The notes under the pieces were generated by a model, which did no database searches, was not told the DNA's origin, and saw only the letters and a list, made by a program, of their open reading frames with translations. The position numbers were made by a program, and so were the translations under genes. DNA of 64,000 bases from an uncultured Acidobacteriota bacterium (lineage in GTDB: Bacteria; Acidobacteriota; Terriglobia; Acidiferrales; UBA7541): the NCBI GenBank assembly GCA_963833345.1, contig CAWHXI010000001.1, positions 438,025-502,024 on the forward strand, read 5' to 3'. Shown one piece after another: positions 53,573 to 62,829 of this stretch (within the stretch, counting starts at the first letter, position 1; each line of letters starts with the position of its first letter).

Positions 53573-54532
53573 ATGCTGCACAATATTTCGATTTTGTTTC
53601 AACGTGAATGCACGCGCTTTGTTCGACTTGTGGTGGCCGCCCTGTTTGCAGGCACCTTGGGGTGCTCGTCAGCCCCAAGCTTCGCCCAGGAGGCGGGGCA
53701 GCAGACGTTTACCTCCGCTGAAGATGCCAGTCACGCTCTCTTTGACGCCATGCAGGCACAGAACGAGCAAGCTCCCTTGAGCATCCTCGGGCAGGCTGGA
53801 AAGGATATTCTCTCGTCCGGTGACCCAGAGGAAGATTCGAACGCTCGCGTCGGCTTCGTCGTCAAATACCAGGAGATGCATCGCCTCGTCACAGAGGCGA
53901 ACGGAACTGTAAACCTGATCGTGGGCGCCGAAAACTGGCCGTTTCCGATTCCGCTGGTGAATAATCGCGGCTCGTGGTATTTCGACACGCCTGCGGGCAA
54001 AGACGAAATCCTCTTCCGTCGCATAGGCAAAAATGAACTAGCCGCCATGGATGCATGCCGCGAGTTAGGCGCGGCGCAAAACCAATATTTTGCGCACCCG
54101 CCGGCTAATCTTCCCAATCAATTCGCCCAGAAACTGGTCAGCGATGAAGGCCGGCATAATGGTCTTTACTGGCACGGTGCTAGCGATGAGTTCGATAGCC
54201 CAATCAACCCCCTCATCGCTTACGCACACCAAAATCTCCCAACGGACCAAGTTGGCGAGCATGTTCCTTTCAATGGCTATATGTTTCGGATACTCACGAG
54301 CCAAGGACCGCATGCGCCTGGCGGAGCCAAGAACTACATCGTCGATGGCATGATGAGCAGAGGTTTTGCTTTCGTCGCTTACCCTGTGGAGTACCGCTCT
54401 TCAGGTGTGATGACTTTTATTGTCGACGCATCCGGAACCATTTACGAAAAGGACCTCGGCCCCGACACGACAAAGCTTGCCCAAGCGATGACCAACTTTG
54501 ACCCGGATTCTACTTGGCACAAGACAGAATGA
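53573..54532 (+). CDS. DUF2950 family secreted protein
   Basis: In-frame ATG 53573 gives a signal peptide/lipobox-like LFAGTLGCSS. ENWPFPIPLVNNRGSWYFDTPAGKDEILFRRIGKNELAAMDAC...GFAFVAYPVEYRSSGVMTFIV. Sits immediately downstream of DUF3300. Confidence 0.75.
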   Translation: MLHNISILFQRECTRFVRLVVAALFAGTLGCSSAPSFAQEAGQQTFTSAEDASHALFDAMQAQNEQAPLSILGQAGKDILSSGDPEEDSNARVGFVVKYQEMHRLVTEANGTVNLIVGAENWPFPIPLVNNRGSWYFDTPAGKDEILFRRIGKNELAAMDACRELGAAQNQYFAHPPANLPNQFAQKLVSDEGRHNGLYWHGASDEFDSPINPLIAYAHQNLPTDQVGEHVPFNGYMFRILTSQGPHAPGGAKNYIVDGMMSRGFAFVAYPVEYRSSGVMTFIVDASGTIYEKDLGPDTTKLAQAMTNFDPDSTWHKTE

Positions 54533-54558
54533 ACGTTGACGGAAGGGGAACCCAAACC

Positions 54559-56088
54559 ATGGGTAATCGAAATGTGGCCGTGTCGCTTTTCGGTCTTCTT
54601 ACATTCGGCGCGCTCTTGATCTCAGCGGCGAGCAAACCGCATGTTGGTGCGCCCGTTTCCAGCCAAGCAAAGTCTCCGAGCAATCTCGGTGGTCAGATGC
54701 CTACCTCGTTCGATCAGGATGTGGCGAGGGTCGTCGCCGAACTTGATCGGATTGAGGCCGATGCCCAGAGCCAGATGGAACACACTAAGCTCGATCGGCA
54801 GGGACAGGTTCGTTCCCTGGGAAAGTTACTGCTCTTCGACAAGCATCTCTCGGTCAATCAGAACGAAGCTTGCAGTTTCTGCCATACGCCGGAGACGGGA
54901 TTCACCGGACCCATTCAATCGTTGAATGAAACGACCGTGTCATATCCGGGATCCGTGAGAACGCGGTTCAGCAATCGAAAGCCGCAGAGCTACATGTACG
55001 CGCCCTTCGCTCCCGTGCTCCATTACAATGATCTCCAGGGTGACTTTGTCGGCGGCAATTTCTGGGATATGCGCGCGAGCGGCTATCGCCTGCAGAATCC
55101 CAGCGCAGAACAAGCGCAAGGACCGCCAACGAATCCAGTAGAAATGGGTTTGCCGGATTCGGCTTGTGTTGCGTACCGGCTTTCACAGGCTCCCTATCGC
55201 AAGCTTTTTGAGACGGTGTGGGGTGCGGACTTGTTCGCCATTCACTGGCCTGGCGACGCGGAAAAGGTCTGCGCGACTCCAGGGCCGCCGCCGGCAAATG
55301 ATCCGTTACCGGTGCACTTGAGTACTGCGGACCGAGGTCGCGCTGATCATGTCTACGACGGATTCGGGCTGGCCGTTTCCGCGTACGAGTTCTCGCCAGA
55401 GGTGAGTCCTTTCACGTCGAAGTATGACTACGTGCAAGCAGGAAAAGACAAATTCACGCAGCAGGAAGAATTGGGCTATGCGCTATTCCGTAGCACGGCG
55501 CGATGTAACGAGTGTCACCGCGATGGCGGGCCTGGAGAAGAGCCTCTGTTTACGGACTTTACCGCCAGTAACCTGGGCGTCCCCAGAAATCCGGGATTGC
55601 AATACTTCTACGAGGGCCAGCCTGACCAACGCAGCTACAGTCCCAATCGAGCCGGAGCGGCGTACGTCGACACGGGGGTCGGAGCCTTCCTGCGTACACT
55701 GCAAAGCGATAGCGGTCAACTAAATCCCGATTCTGAGTGGATCAAACTCGCTCCGAAGTTCGAAGCGAAAATCCAAGTACCCACTTTGCGCAATGTCGAC
55801 ATGCGTCCCACGCCGAGTTTCGTAAAAGCGTATATGCACAACGGCTACTTCAAGAGCCTGAAAGAAGTCGTGCATTTCTACAACACACGCGACGTTTTGC
55901 CCAAGTGCAGGCCAGGCGATTCCGGCGAAAAGGTCACTTGCTGGCCAGCACCCGAGGACTCAACCAATCTCAATAAACGGCAACTCGGCAACCTTAAGCT
56001 CACAGACCTGGAAGAAGATGCCCTCGTTGCTTTCCTTAAAACTCTTACGGATGGCTACAAGATGCCAAATCCACAAACGGCGAAATAG
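54559..56088 (+). CDS. di-haem cytochrome c peroxidase (CCP/MauG family)
   Basis: Two CxxCH motifs, CSFCHTPETGFTG and CNECHRDGGPG, plus YMHNGYFKSLKEVVHFY. Confidence 0.85.
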   Translation: MGNRNVAVSLFGLLTFGALLISAASKPHVGAPVSSQAKSPSNLGGQMPTSFDQDVARVVAELDRIEADAQSQMEHTKLDRQGQVRSLGKLLLFDKHLSVNQNEACSFCHTPETGFTGPIQSLNETTVSYPGSVRTRFSNRKPQSYMYAPFAPVLHYNDLQGDFVGGNFWDMRASGYRLQNPSAEQAQGPPTNPVEMGLPDSACVAYRLSQAPYRKLFETVWGADLFAIHWPGDAEKVCATPGPPPANDPLPVHLSTADRGRADHVYDGFGLAVSAYEFSPEVSPFTSKYDYVQAGKDKFTQQEELGYALFRSTARCNECHRDGGPGEEPLFTDFTASNLGVPRNPGLQYFYEGQPDQRSYSPNRAGAAYVDTGVGAFLRTLQSDSGQLNPDSEWIKLAPKFEAKIQVPTLRNVDMRPTPSFVKAYMHNGYFKSLKEVVHFYNTRDVLPKCRPGDSGEKVTCWPAPEDSTNLNKRQLGNLKLTDLEEDALVAFLKTLTDGYKMPNPQTAK

Positions 56089-56150
56089 GCTTGACAACCG
56101 ATCGCCGAACTCGCCGGCACATATACCAGTATTCTTGACACCGATTCCAA

Positions 56151-57332
56151 ATGACTACCACCACTCAATCTTTGACGCCGACCAAGTTGCGCGATTTCCA
56201 CGAGAGTGCACTGTTGCGCTCTCTTCTCCGGAAGGATGTGGCTTTAAATGGACCGGCCTGGGTGCCACTCGCAGTGGTCTTGGGAGCCCTTGGCGCGGTC
56301 GCGTACGCAGACCACCTCGTCGTTTCGATTTCGCTCGTCTACTTGTACATCCTTCCCATCGCCGTCGGCGCGATTTTTCTGCGCAGGAAGGTCAGCTACA
56401 GCCTTGTCATCATTTGTGTTTTGTTTCATGATTATGACTCTCCGAGAACTATAGTTCCGGCACTCCGCATCTTCCATAATCTCTCCGCGATATTGTGCTT
56501 CGCTTTTGTTGTTTATCTCATCCAGCGGTACATGGAACAAAGGGAAGCGCTTGCCAAGACCGTTCAGCAGCAGCGTGATGACCTCCTCAAGGACGTAGAG
56601 TTAGCTGCGCAGGTCCAGCGTCTATTTCTTCCCTCGGGCAAACCAGCCATCGCTGGACTCGAAATAGCCGGGATGATGCACCCCGCGCGGGGCATAGGTG
56701 GCGATTACTACGACTATTTTCCCCTCGATGCGTACACCACCCAAGTCATCGTTGCCGACGTAGCCGGGAAAGGTGTTCCCGCAGCCCTCCTAATGTCTGC
56801 CACGGCCGCAGCCCTGCGGCTTGAGGCGAACCATGATCGAAACATGCTCGAGCAAGTGGAACGATTGAACACGGGAATCCACTCCGTGTCGGACTCCGAC
56901 CGCTTCGTGACATTGCTGGTCGCAGAGATCGACGCCCAAAGGCGAACGCTTCGCTATGTCAATTGTGGCCACAATCCCGGGCTTCTGTTTCGAGCAAAGA
57001 CGGGCACGCTCACACGCTTGGATTCGTCTTGCCCACCCATCGGATTATCTGCAGAAGAAATTTGTGAACAGGCCGCAGAAGACCTTATGGCTGGCGATGT
57101 ATTGGTTTTCTATACCGATGGGGTCACTGAGGCAGAGGACCGGCCTGGCGAAGAATTCGGCATGGAGCGTCTTTCCGCGACAGTACTCCGCGGTTCTTCG
57201 CTGTCCGCCGAGGATCTCATGACCAATATCTATAACGCTGCAGCAGATTTTTGTGGCCATGACTTCAACGACGATATGACCATTCTCGTCGTCAAATGCA
57301 ACTTCGATCGCTCCTCGAATACTAGCTCGTAA
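56151..57332 (+). CDS. membrane-bound PP2C/SpoIIE-family serine phosphatase
   Basis: N-terminal TM helices. GIGGDYYDYF...VADVAGKGVPAALLMS...LVFYTDGVTEA...DDMTILVV. Confidence 0.85.
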   Translation: MTTTTQSLTPTKLRDFHESALLRSLLRKDVALNGPAWVPLAVVLGALGAVAYADHLVVSISLVYLYILPIAVGAIFLRRKVSYSLVIICVLFHDYDSPRTIVPALRIFHNLSAILCFAFVVYLIQRYMEQREALAKTVQQQRDDLLKDVELAAQVQRLFLPSGKPAIAGLEIAGMMHPARGIGGDYYDYFPLDAYTTQVIVADVAGKGVPAALLMSATAAALRLEANHDRNMLEQVERLNTGIHSVSDSDRFVTLLVAEIDAQRRTLRYVNCGHNPGLLFRAKTGTLTRLDSSCPPIGLSAEEICEQAAEDLMAGDVLVFYTDGVTEAEDRPGEEFGMERLSATVLRGSSLSAEDLMTNIYNAAADFCGHDFNDDMTILVVKCNFDRSSNTSS

Positions 57333-57576
57333 GACTCTCCTTGAGTGAGCACGTTAAGTCCCCGCGGGACCTAGACCCGGGGATACCCTTCGTTCACATG
57401 TGTTCTCCCTCGTTCGGTAGTCGCCCTCCGTCCTGAAAGACAAGTTGTCAGTGTGCTGACAATCATCCAATGCGCTGGACTCCTCGGTCTTCGTCTCCTG
57501 TGCCTAATTCTCGACTCATTTTTATTAAGCGTCATTGTTTCAACCACTTCCCGAAACTCCCGTTCACTCCTCACTG

Positions 57577-57592
57577 TGGCAACAGGGCTGCA
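57577..57592 (+). promoter_or_regulatory. candidate sigma-54 (-24/-12) promoter upstream of the SYLF gene
   Basis: TGGCAACAGGGCTGCA with canonical GG/GC spacing. 44 nt upstream of ATG 57636. Confidence 0.45.
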
Positions 57593-57635
57593 TTCCTAGT
57601 ATCCGAAGCAAGAAAAACTACTTGAGGGAAATCAC

Positions 57636-58346
57636 ATGCGAAAATTACTGACCTTTCTTAGCTCCATCTTATTTGTATTTGCACCACTCTTCGCCCAGGT
57701 GGCGAGTGCAGCGGACCAATCCAAAGACGACGACCGATTGAGAAATTGCGGAACGGTCTTGAAGGAGATTCTTGACGTTCCAGATGACATTCCGCGGGAC
57801 TTGCTCGACAAGGCAGATTGCGTCGTTGTCTTTCCGTCTGTCTTAAAAGCCGCATTTATCGTAGGCGGAAGCTACGGGCGGGGCGCCATGTCGTGCCGCA
57901 AGGGCGAAGACTTCCGGGGATCATGGGGCGCCCCCACGATGATGGCGCTGGAGGGCGGCAGCTTTGGCCTTCAAATCGGTGGAGAAGCCACGGATTTTGT
58001 CTTGCTTGTAATGAATGAACGTGGCGCGCGCGGCATTCTCGCCAGCAAGGTCAAGCTGGGAGGCGACGCTGCCGTGGCTGCAGGTCCCGTCGGCCGCGAT
58101 TCGTCAGCCGAATCGGACGCGACCCTGCGTGCCGAAATCTTGAGCTACTCCAGGGCGCGCGGCTTGTTCGCCGGCGTCTCTCTCGAGGGCTCCACAATCC
58201 GTCCAGACAATGGCGATAACACCCGCGTGTACGGCAGGAAGATTCCTGCGAGAGACATCGTTCTGTCCGGAAAGGTCCCGGTGCCCGCGGGAGCGGAGCT
58301 ACTGATCTCGACTCTAGATGCAAGGACGCCGAGGCACAGGTCGTAA
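57636..58346 (+). CDS. SYLF (DUF500/Ysc84-like) lipid-binding domain protein, secreted
   Basis: Signal peptide. CVVVFPSVLKAAFIVGGSYGRGAM...GGSFGLQIGGEATDFVLLVMN...KLGGDAAVAAGPVGR...YSRARGLFAGVSLEGS. Confidence 0.8.
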   Translation: MRKLLTFLSSILFVFAPLFAQVASAADQSKDDDRLRNCGTVLKEILDVPDDIPRDLLDKADCVVVFPSVLKAAFIVGGSYGRGAMSCRKGEDFRGSWGAPTMMALEGGSFGLQIGGEATDFVLLVMNERGARGILASKVKLGGDAAVAAGPVGRDSSAESDATLRAEILSYSRARGLFAGVSLEGSTIRPDNGDNTRVYGRKIPARDIVLSGKVPVPAGAELLISTLDARTPRHRS

Positions 58347-58404
58347 CGCCAATTCAGCGGATGTAGTCCGGCTCTGCCGGGCGGAAAGATTAGAGCCGTA
58401 AATC

Positions 58405-61400
58405 ATGTGGATAGTCAGACTAGCGTTGCGGCGACCTTATACGTTCGTCGTGTTGTCGATACTCATCGTCATAATGGGTGGGCTTTCGATTGTTCGCACG
58501 CCCACCGACATCTTCCCGAACATCGACATTCCCGTTGTCAGCATCATCTGGAATTACAACGGCCTCGTACCTGAAGACATGAGCGATCGCATCGTTAGCG
58601 TCACCGAGCGAGCGCTGACCACTACCGTCGACAACATCGAGCACATCGAATCGCAGTCCCTGTATGGAATTGCTGTCGTCAAAGTGTTCCTGCAGCCGAG
58701 TGCGAACATTCAACAGGGTATTGCGCAGATTACGGCGGTTTCTCAGACCCAACTCAGGCAGTTGCCCGCCGGGAACGACGCCGCCTCTCATTACTTGCCT
58801 ACAGCGCATCGAGCGTGCCGGTTCTCCAGTTGGCCCTCTCGGGACAAAACCTGTCGGAGCAAGAACTCAACGACTATGGCCTGAATTTCATTCGCACGCA
58901 GCTCATCACCGTGCCTGGCGCATCTGTGCCCTATCCCTATGGCGGTAAACAACGCCAGGTGCAGGTAGACCTGAACACGACAGCGTTGCAGTCGAAGGGC
59001 CTGTCCGCGCTGGATGTCGTCAATGCGATCAGCGTGCAAAATCTGATCCTGCCCACGGGAACGTCCAAGATCGGCTCCAGGGAATACGATGTTTCCATTC
59101 CCAATGCAGCGCCGCAGACGATTGCCGACCTAAACCGAATCCCGATCAAGACGATTGGCGGCACGACCATCTACATCAAAGATGTCGCCTGGGTGCGCGA
59201 TGGCTTTCCACCGCAGACGAATATCGTACGCGTTAACGGACAGCGCTCCGTATTGCTGACCATCCAAAAGGCGGGCAATGCGTCAACCCTGAACGTGATC
59301 GCCGGTATCAAGGCGCTTCTGCCTCAAATCAAGACCACGGTTCCACCCCAGCTCGAGATAGCACCCCTGGCTGATCAATCGATTTTCGTTCGTGGTGCGA
59401 TCAGTGGAGTGGTCAGGGAAACGCTGATTGCCGCGTGCCTGACCGCTTTCATGATTCTCATTTTTCTGGGCAGTTGGCGAAGCACCGTCATCATCGCCAC
59501 CTCCATCCCTCTGGCGATCCTGACCTCCATCATTGTGCTTCAGCGCGATCGGAGAAACGATCAATATCATGACCCTCGGTGGACTCGCTCTGGCGGTCGG
59601 CATCCTGGTGGACGACGCCACCGTCGAGGTCGAGAACATCAATCGCAACCGCGAGGCGGAACCCGAGAAGGACATGGACGAAGTTGTCCTCGACAGCGCG
59701 TCGCAAATCGCCACACCTGCCTTCGTGTCCACCCTGTCGATCTGCATTGTGTTTGCTCCCGATGTTTCTGCTGTCCGGCGTGGCGCGGTATCTATTTGTG
59801 CCGCTCGCGGAAGCAGTCGTTTTCGCCATGTTGGCCTCCTATTTTCTGTCGCGGACCATCGTTCCGACAATGGCCAAGTACCTGTTGCGGGGAGAGAAGA
59901 GCGAGGCGAGATGGCCTCGAGCCGCAATCCTTTTGTACGGCTCCAGAAGGGTTTTGAGGCGGCCTTCGAGAGATTTCGTCACAGCTATCGCGGTCTGCTG
60001 GAGATTTGCCTCCATCACCGGCGCTGCTTTCCTGATTGCCTTCTTCGCGACCTGCCTTGGCTCTCTGGCAATTCTGATTCCCTGGTTGGGCCGGGACTTC
60101 TTCCCCAGCGTTGACAGCGGCTCTTTCAAGCTTCATTTGCGTGCGCCCACTGGAATGCGCATCGAGGAAACCGCCAACCTTTGCGATCAGGTCGAACAGT
60201 CGATTCGGCAGCAGATTCCGGCAGGCGAAGTCCACAACGTGATTGACAACATAGGTCTGCCCTACAGCGGCATCAATCTTTCCTACAGCAATTCGGCGCC
60301 CGTTGGCACATCGGACGCCGACATTCTTGTGACGCTTTCCGCCAATCACCATCCCACGGACGACTACATTCACCACCTTCGTCTGACGCTCCCAAAACAG
60401 TTTCCCGGTGTGACCTTCGCGTTCTTGCCTGCGGACATGGTCAGCCAAATCCTGAATTTTGGCTTGCCGGCCCCGATCGATGTTCAGGTGGTGGGAAACG
60501 ACCTGGAGGGAAACCGGCGCTATGCAAATGCGCTGCTCAGCAAGTTGAAATACGTTACAGGAACGGCGGATCTGCGGATCCAGCAGCCCTTCGATGAGCC
60601 TTATCTGAACCTGCGGGTCGAGCGGACGAAGGCAGAGGAGCTTGGTTTCACTGCTCACGATATTGCGCAAAATCTTCTTGTGTCACTGAGCGGCAGCTTC
60701 CAAACCTCACCAACATTCTGGGTTGACCCCAAGAATCGTGTCAGCTATCAAATCGCCACGCAGACGCCGCAATATCGCGACCGACACATTGCAGGATGTT
60801 GAGAACATCCCGATCACCGGCACAGACCCAACAGCTCCTCCGTCGCTCATGGCCAGTCTGGTATCAACGCAACGCGGCGCGGGAATGGCAGTGGTTTCTC
60901 ATTACAACGTAGCGCCGGTGATTGACATCTTTGGCGCGGCCACCGGACGCGATCTGGGCGGCGTGGCGGGCGACATCAATAAGATCATTGACGATACACG
61001 CCAGCAACTACCGCGCGGTTCTCGCGTCGTTGTCCGTGGGCAGGTTCAAACGATGCGAGCGTCCTACATCGGTCTTCTGAGCGGACTGGCGTTCTCGATC
61101 GTGCTCGTATACCTGCTGATCGTCGTCAACTTTCAGTCCTGGTTGGATCCTTTCATCATGATTTCCGCGCTGCCTGCAGCTCTCGCAGGCATTGCCTGGT
61201 TTTTGTTCATAACGCAGACGACTCTCAGCGTGCCCGCGCTTATGGGGGCCATCATGTGCATGGGCGTGGCCACCTCCAACAGCATCTTGGTCGTGAGCTT
61301 TGCTACGGAGAAAATGCAGGAAGGAAGTGATTCCATCAGCGCCGCGTTGGAGGCGGGCTTTACGCGCTTTCGACCTGTGCTGATGACTGCGCTGGCCATG

Positions 61401-61586
61401 ATCATCGGCATGGTGCCCATGGCCCTCGGACTGGGAGACGGAGGCGAACAAAATGCCCCTCTTGGCCGGGCGGTCATAGGTGGCTTGATTTTCGCTACGG
61501 TTTCGACGCTGTTCTTTGTCCCGGCATTTTTCAGCGTTCTGCAGGGTTCGCGCCGGCATTCGGCTCAACCGGTAAAGCAGCACTAA
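58405..61586 (+). pseudogene. RND efflux permease (AcrB/CzcA superfamily) disrupted by at least 7 frameshifts
   Basis: Collinear RND segments are spread over ORFs 58405.., 58664.., 58815.., 59533.., 59579.. and 60723.. in frames 1,2,0,1,2,1,2,0. Examples: ..RQLP|PPGTTPPLI|AYSASSVPVLQL.., ..TSIIVL|SAIGETINIMTLGGLALAVGILVDDA.., ..IVFAP|MFLLSGVARYLFVPLAEAV.. Confidence 0.85.
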
Positions 61587-61608
61587 GCAAAATCTGTGTG
61601 GAGTCATT

Positions 61609-62829
61609 ATGTCGCAACAAACTGAAGAGGAAAAACAAATGGGCGGGCAAACGCCCCGATCGAACGAAGTTGGAAGACCGCAGCGTCCGCACAGGCAATG
61701 GTTGGGTCTGGCGATTGCGTTGATCGTCGTCGCCGCCCTGTTGGTCTCGGGCATCTTGTCCCGTGTCAGAGCCCGCACAACGCTCAAGGCGGAAACGGCG
61801 CAAGTCGCTCTCACCGCGGTGTCGGTCGTTTCGCCAAAACAAACCGCGCCCGCCGAGGAGATCATCCTTCCAGGAAATGTGCAACCGTTCATCACTTCAC
61901 CGATCTATGCGCGAACCAACGGCTATCTGAAGAAGTGGTATTTCGATATAGGAGCGCATGTCAAGGAGGGGCAATTGCTTGCTGTCATCGAAACGCCAGA
62001 AGTTGATCAACAACTCCAGCAAGCTCGTAGCAACCTGGCAACCGCACAGGCAAATCTTGAACTCGCCGCCATCACGAAAGCACGATATCAGGGACTCTTG
62101 AAAAGCAATGCGGTATCGCAGCAGGATGTTGACAATGCCGTTGGTACCTACAATGCCAATAAAGCAATCGTCGAAGCTGACCAGGCGGCTGTAGACCAAT
62201 ATGGGGCACTGGTGTCCTTTGAGAAGGTTTACGCTCCATTCGACGGCGTTATCACTGCACGAAACACTGACATCGGTGACCTAATCAATTCCGGCAGCAA
62301 TGCCAACGCAAAAACCGATCTCTTCCACATCGCCCAACCGGGAACCTTGCGCGTTTACGTGAACGTCCCAGAGGAATATTCGCGAGGGATCAAAGTCGGC
62401 ATGACCGCGGATCTCAGTCTCGCCGAGTTTCCGGGACGCAAATTTCAGGGGAAGTTGGTGCGTACTGCTGATGCGATCAATGTGACGACTCGCACGTTGC
62501 TGATTGAAATCGATGTAGCCAATCCGACCGGCACCCTCCTCACCGGTTCTTATGCAGAGGTCCACTTGGCGGTTCCGACGCAGGCGACTACCTTCCTGCT
62601 TCCAGTCAATACGCTGCTATTCCGCTCGGAGGGTTTACAGGTCGGCGTCGTAAGAGACGGCAAAGTAGTGCTCTCGGCCGTAACTCCCGGGCACGATTTC
62701 GGAAACCAGATTGAGATCGTCTCCGGTCTTAAGCCAGACGATCAGGTCATCATCAATCCCCCCGACTCGCTCGTTACAGGCCAGCAAGTCCAAATTGTCC
62801 AGGCAACGTTGCCGGGAGATATCAAGTGA
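61609..62829 (+). CDS. RND efflux periplasmic adaptor (membrane fusion protein, HlyD/AcrA family)
   Basis: TM anchor. GYLKKWYFDIGAHVKEGQLLAVIETPEVDQQLQQA...APFDGVITARNTDIGDLI...VVRDGKV. Confidence 0.9.
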   Translation: MSQQTEEEKQMGGQTPRSNEVGRPQRPHRQWLGLAIALIVVAALLVSGILSRVRARTTLKAETAQVALTAVSVVSPKQTAPAEEIILPGNVQPFITSPIYARTNGYLKKWYFDIGAHVKEGQLLAVIETPEVDQQLQQARSNLATAQANLELAAITKARYQGLLKSNAVSQQDVDNAVGTYNANKAIVEADQAAVDQYGALVSFEKVYAPFDGVITARNTDIGDLINSGSNANAKTDLFHIAQPGTLRVYVNVPEEYSRGIKVGMTADLSLAEFPGRKFQGKLVRTADAINVTTRTLLIEIDVANPTGTLLTGSYAEVHLAVPTQATTFLLPVNTLLFRSEGLQVGVVRDGKVVLSAVTPGHDFGNQIEIVSGLKPDDQVIINPPDSLVTGQQVQIVQATLPGDIK

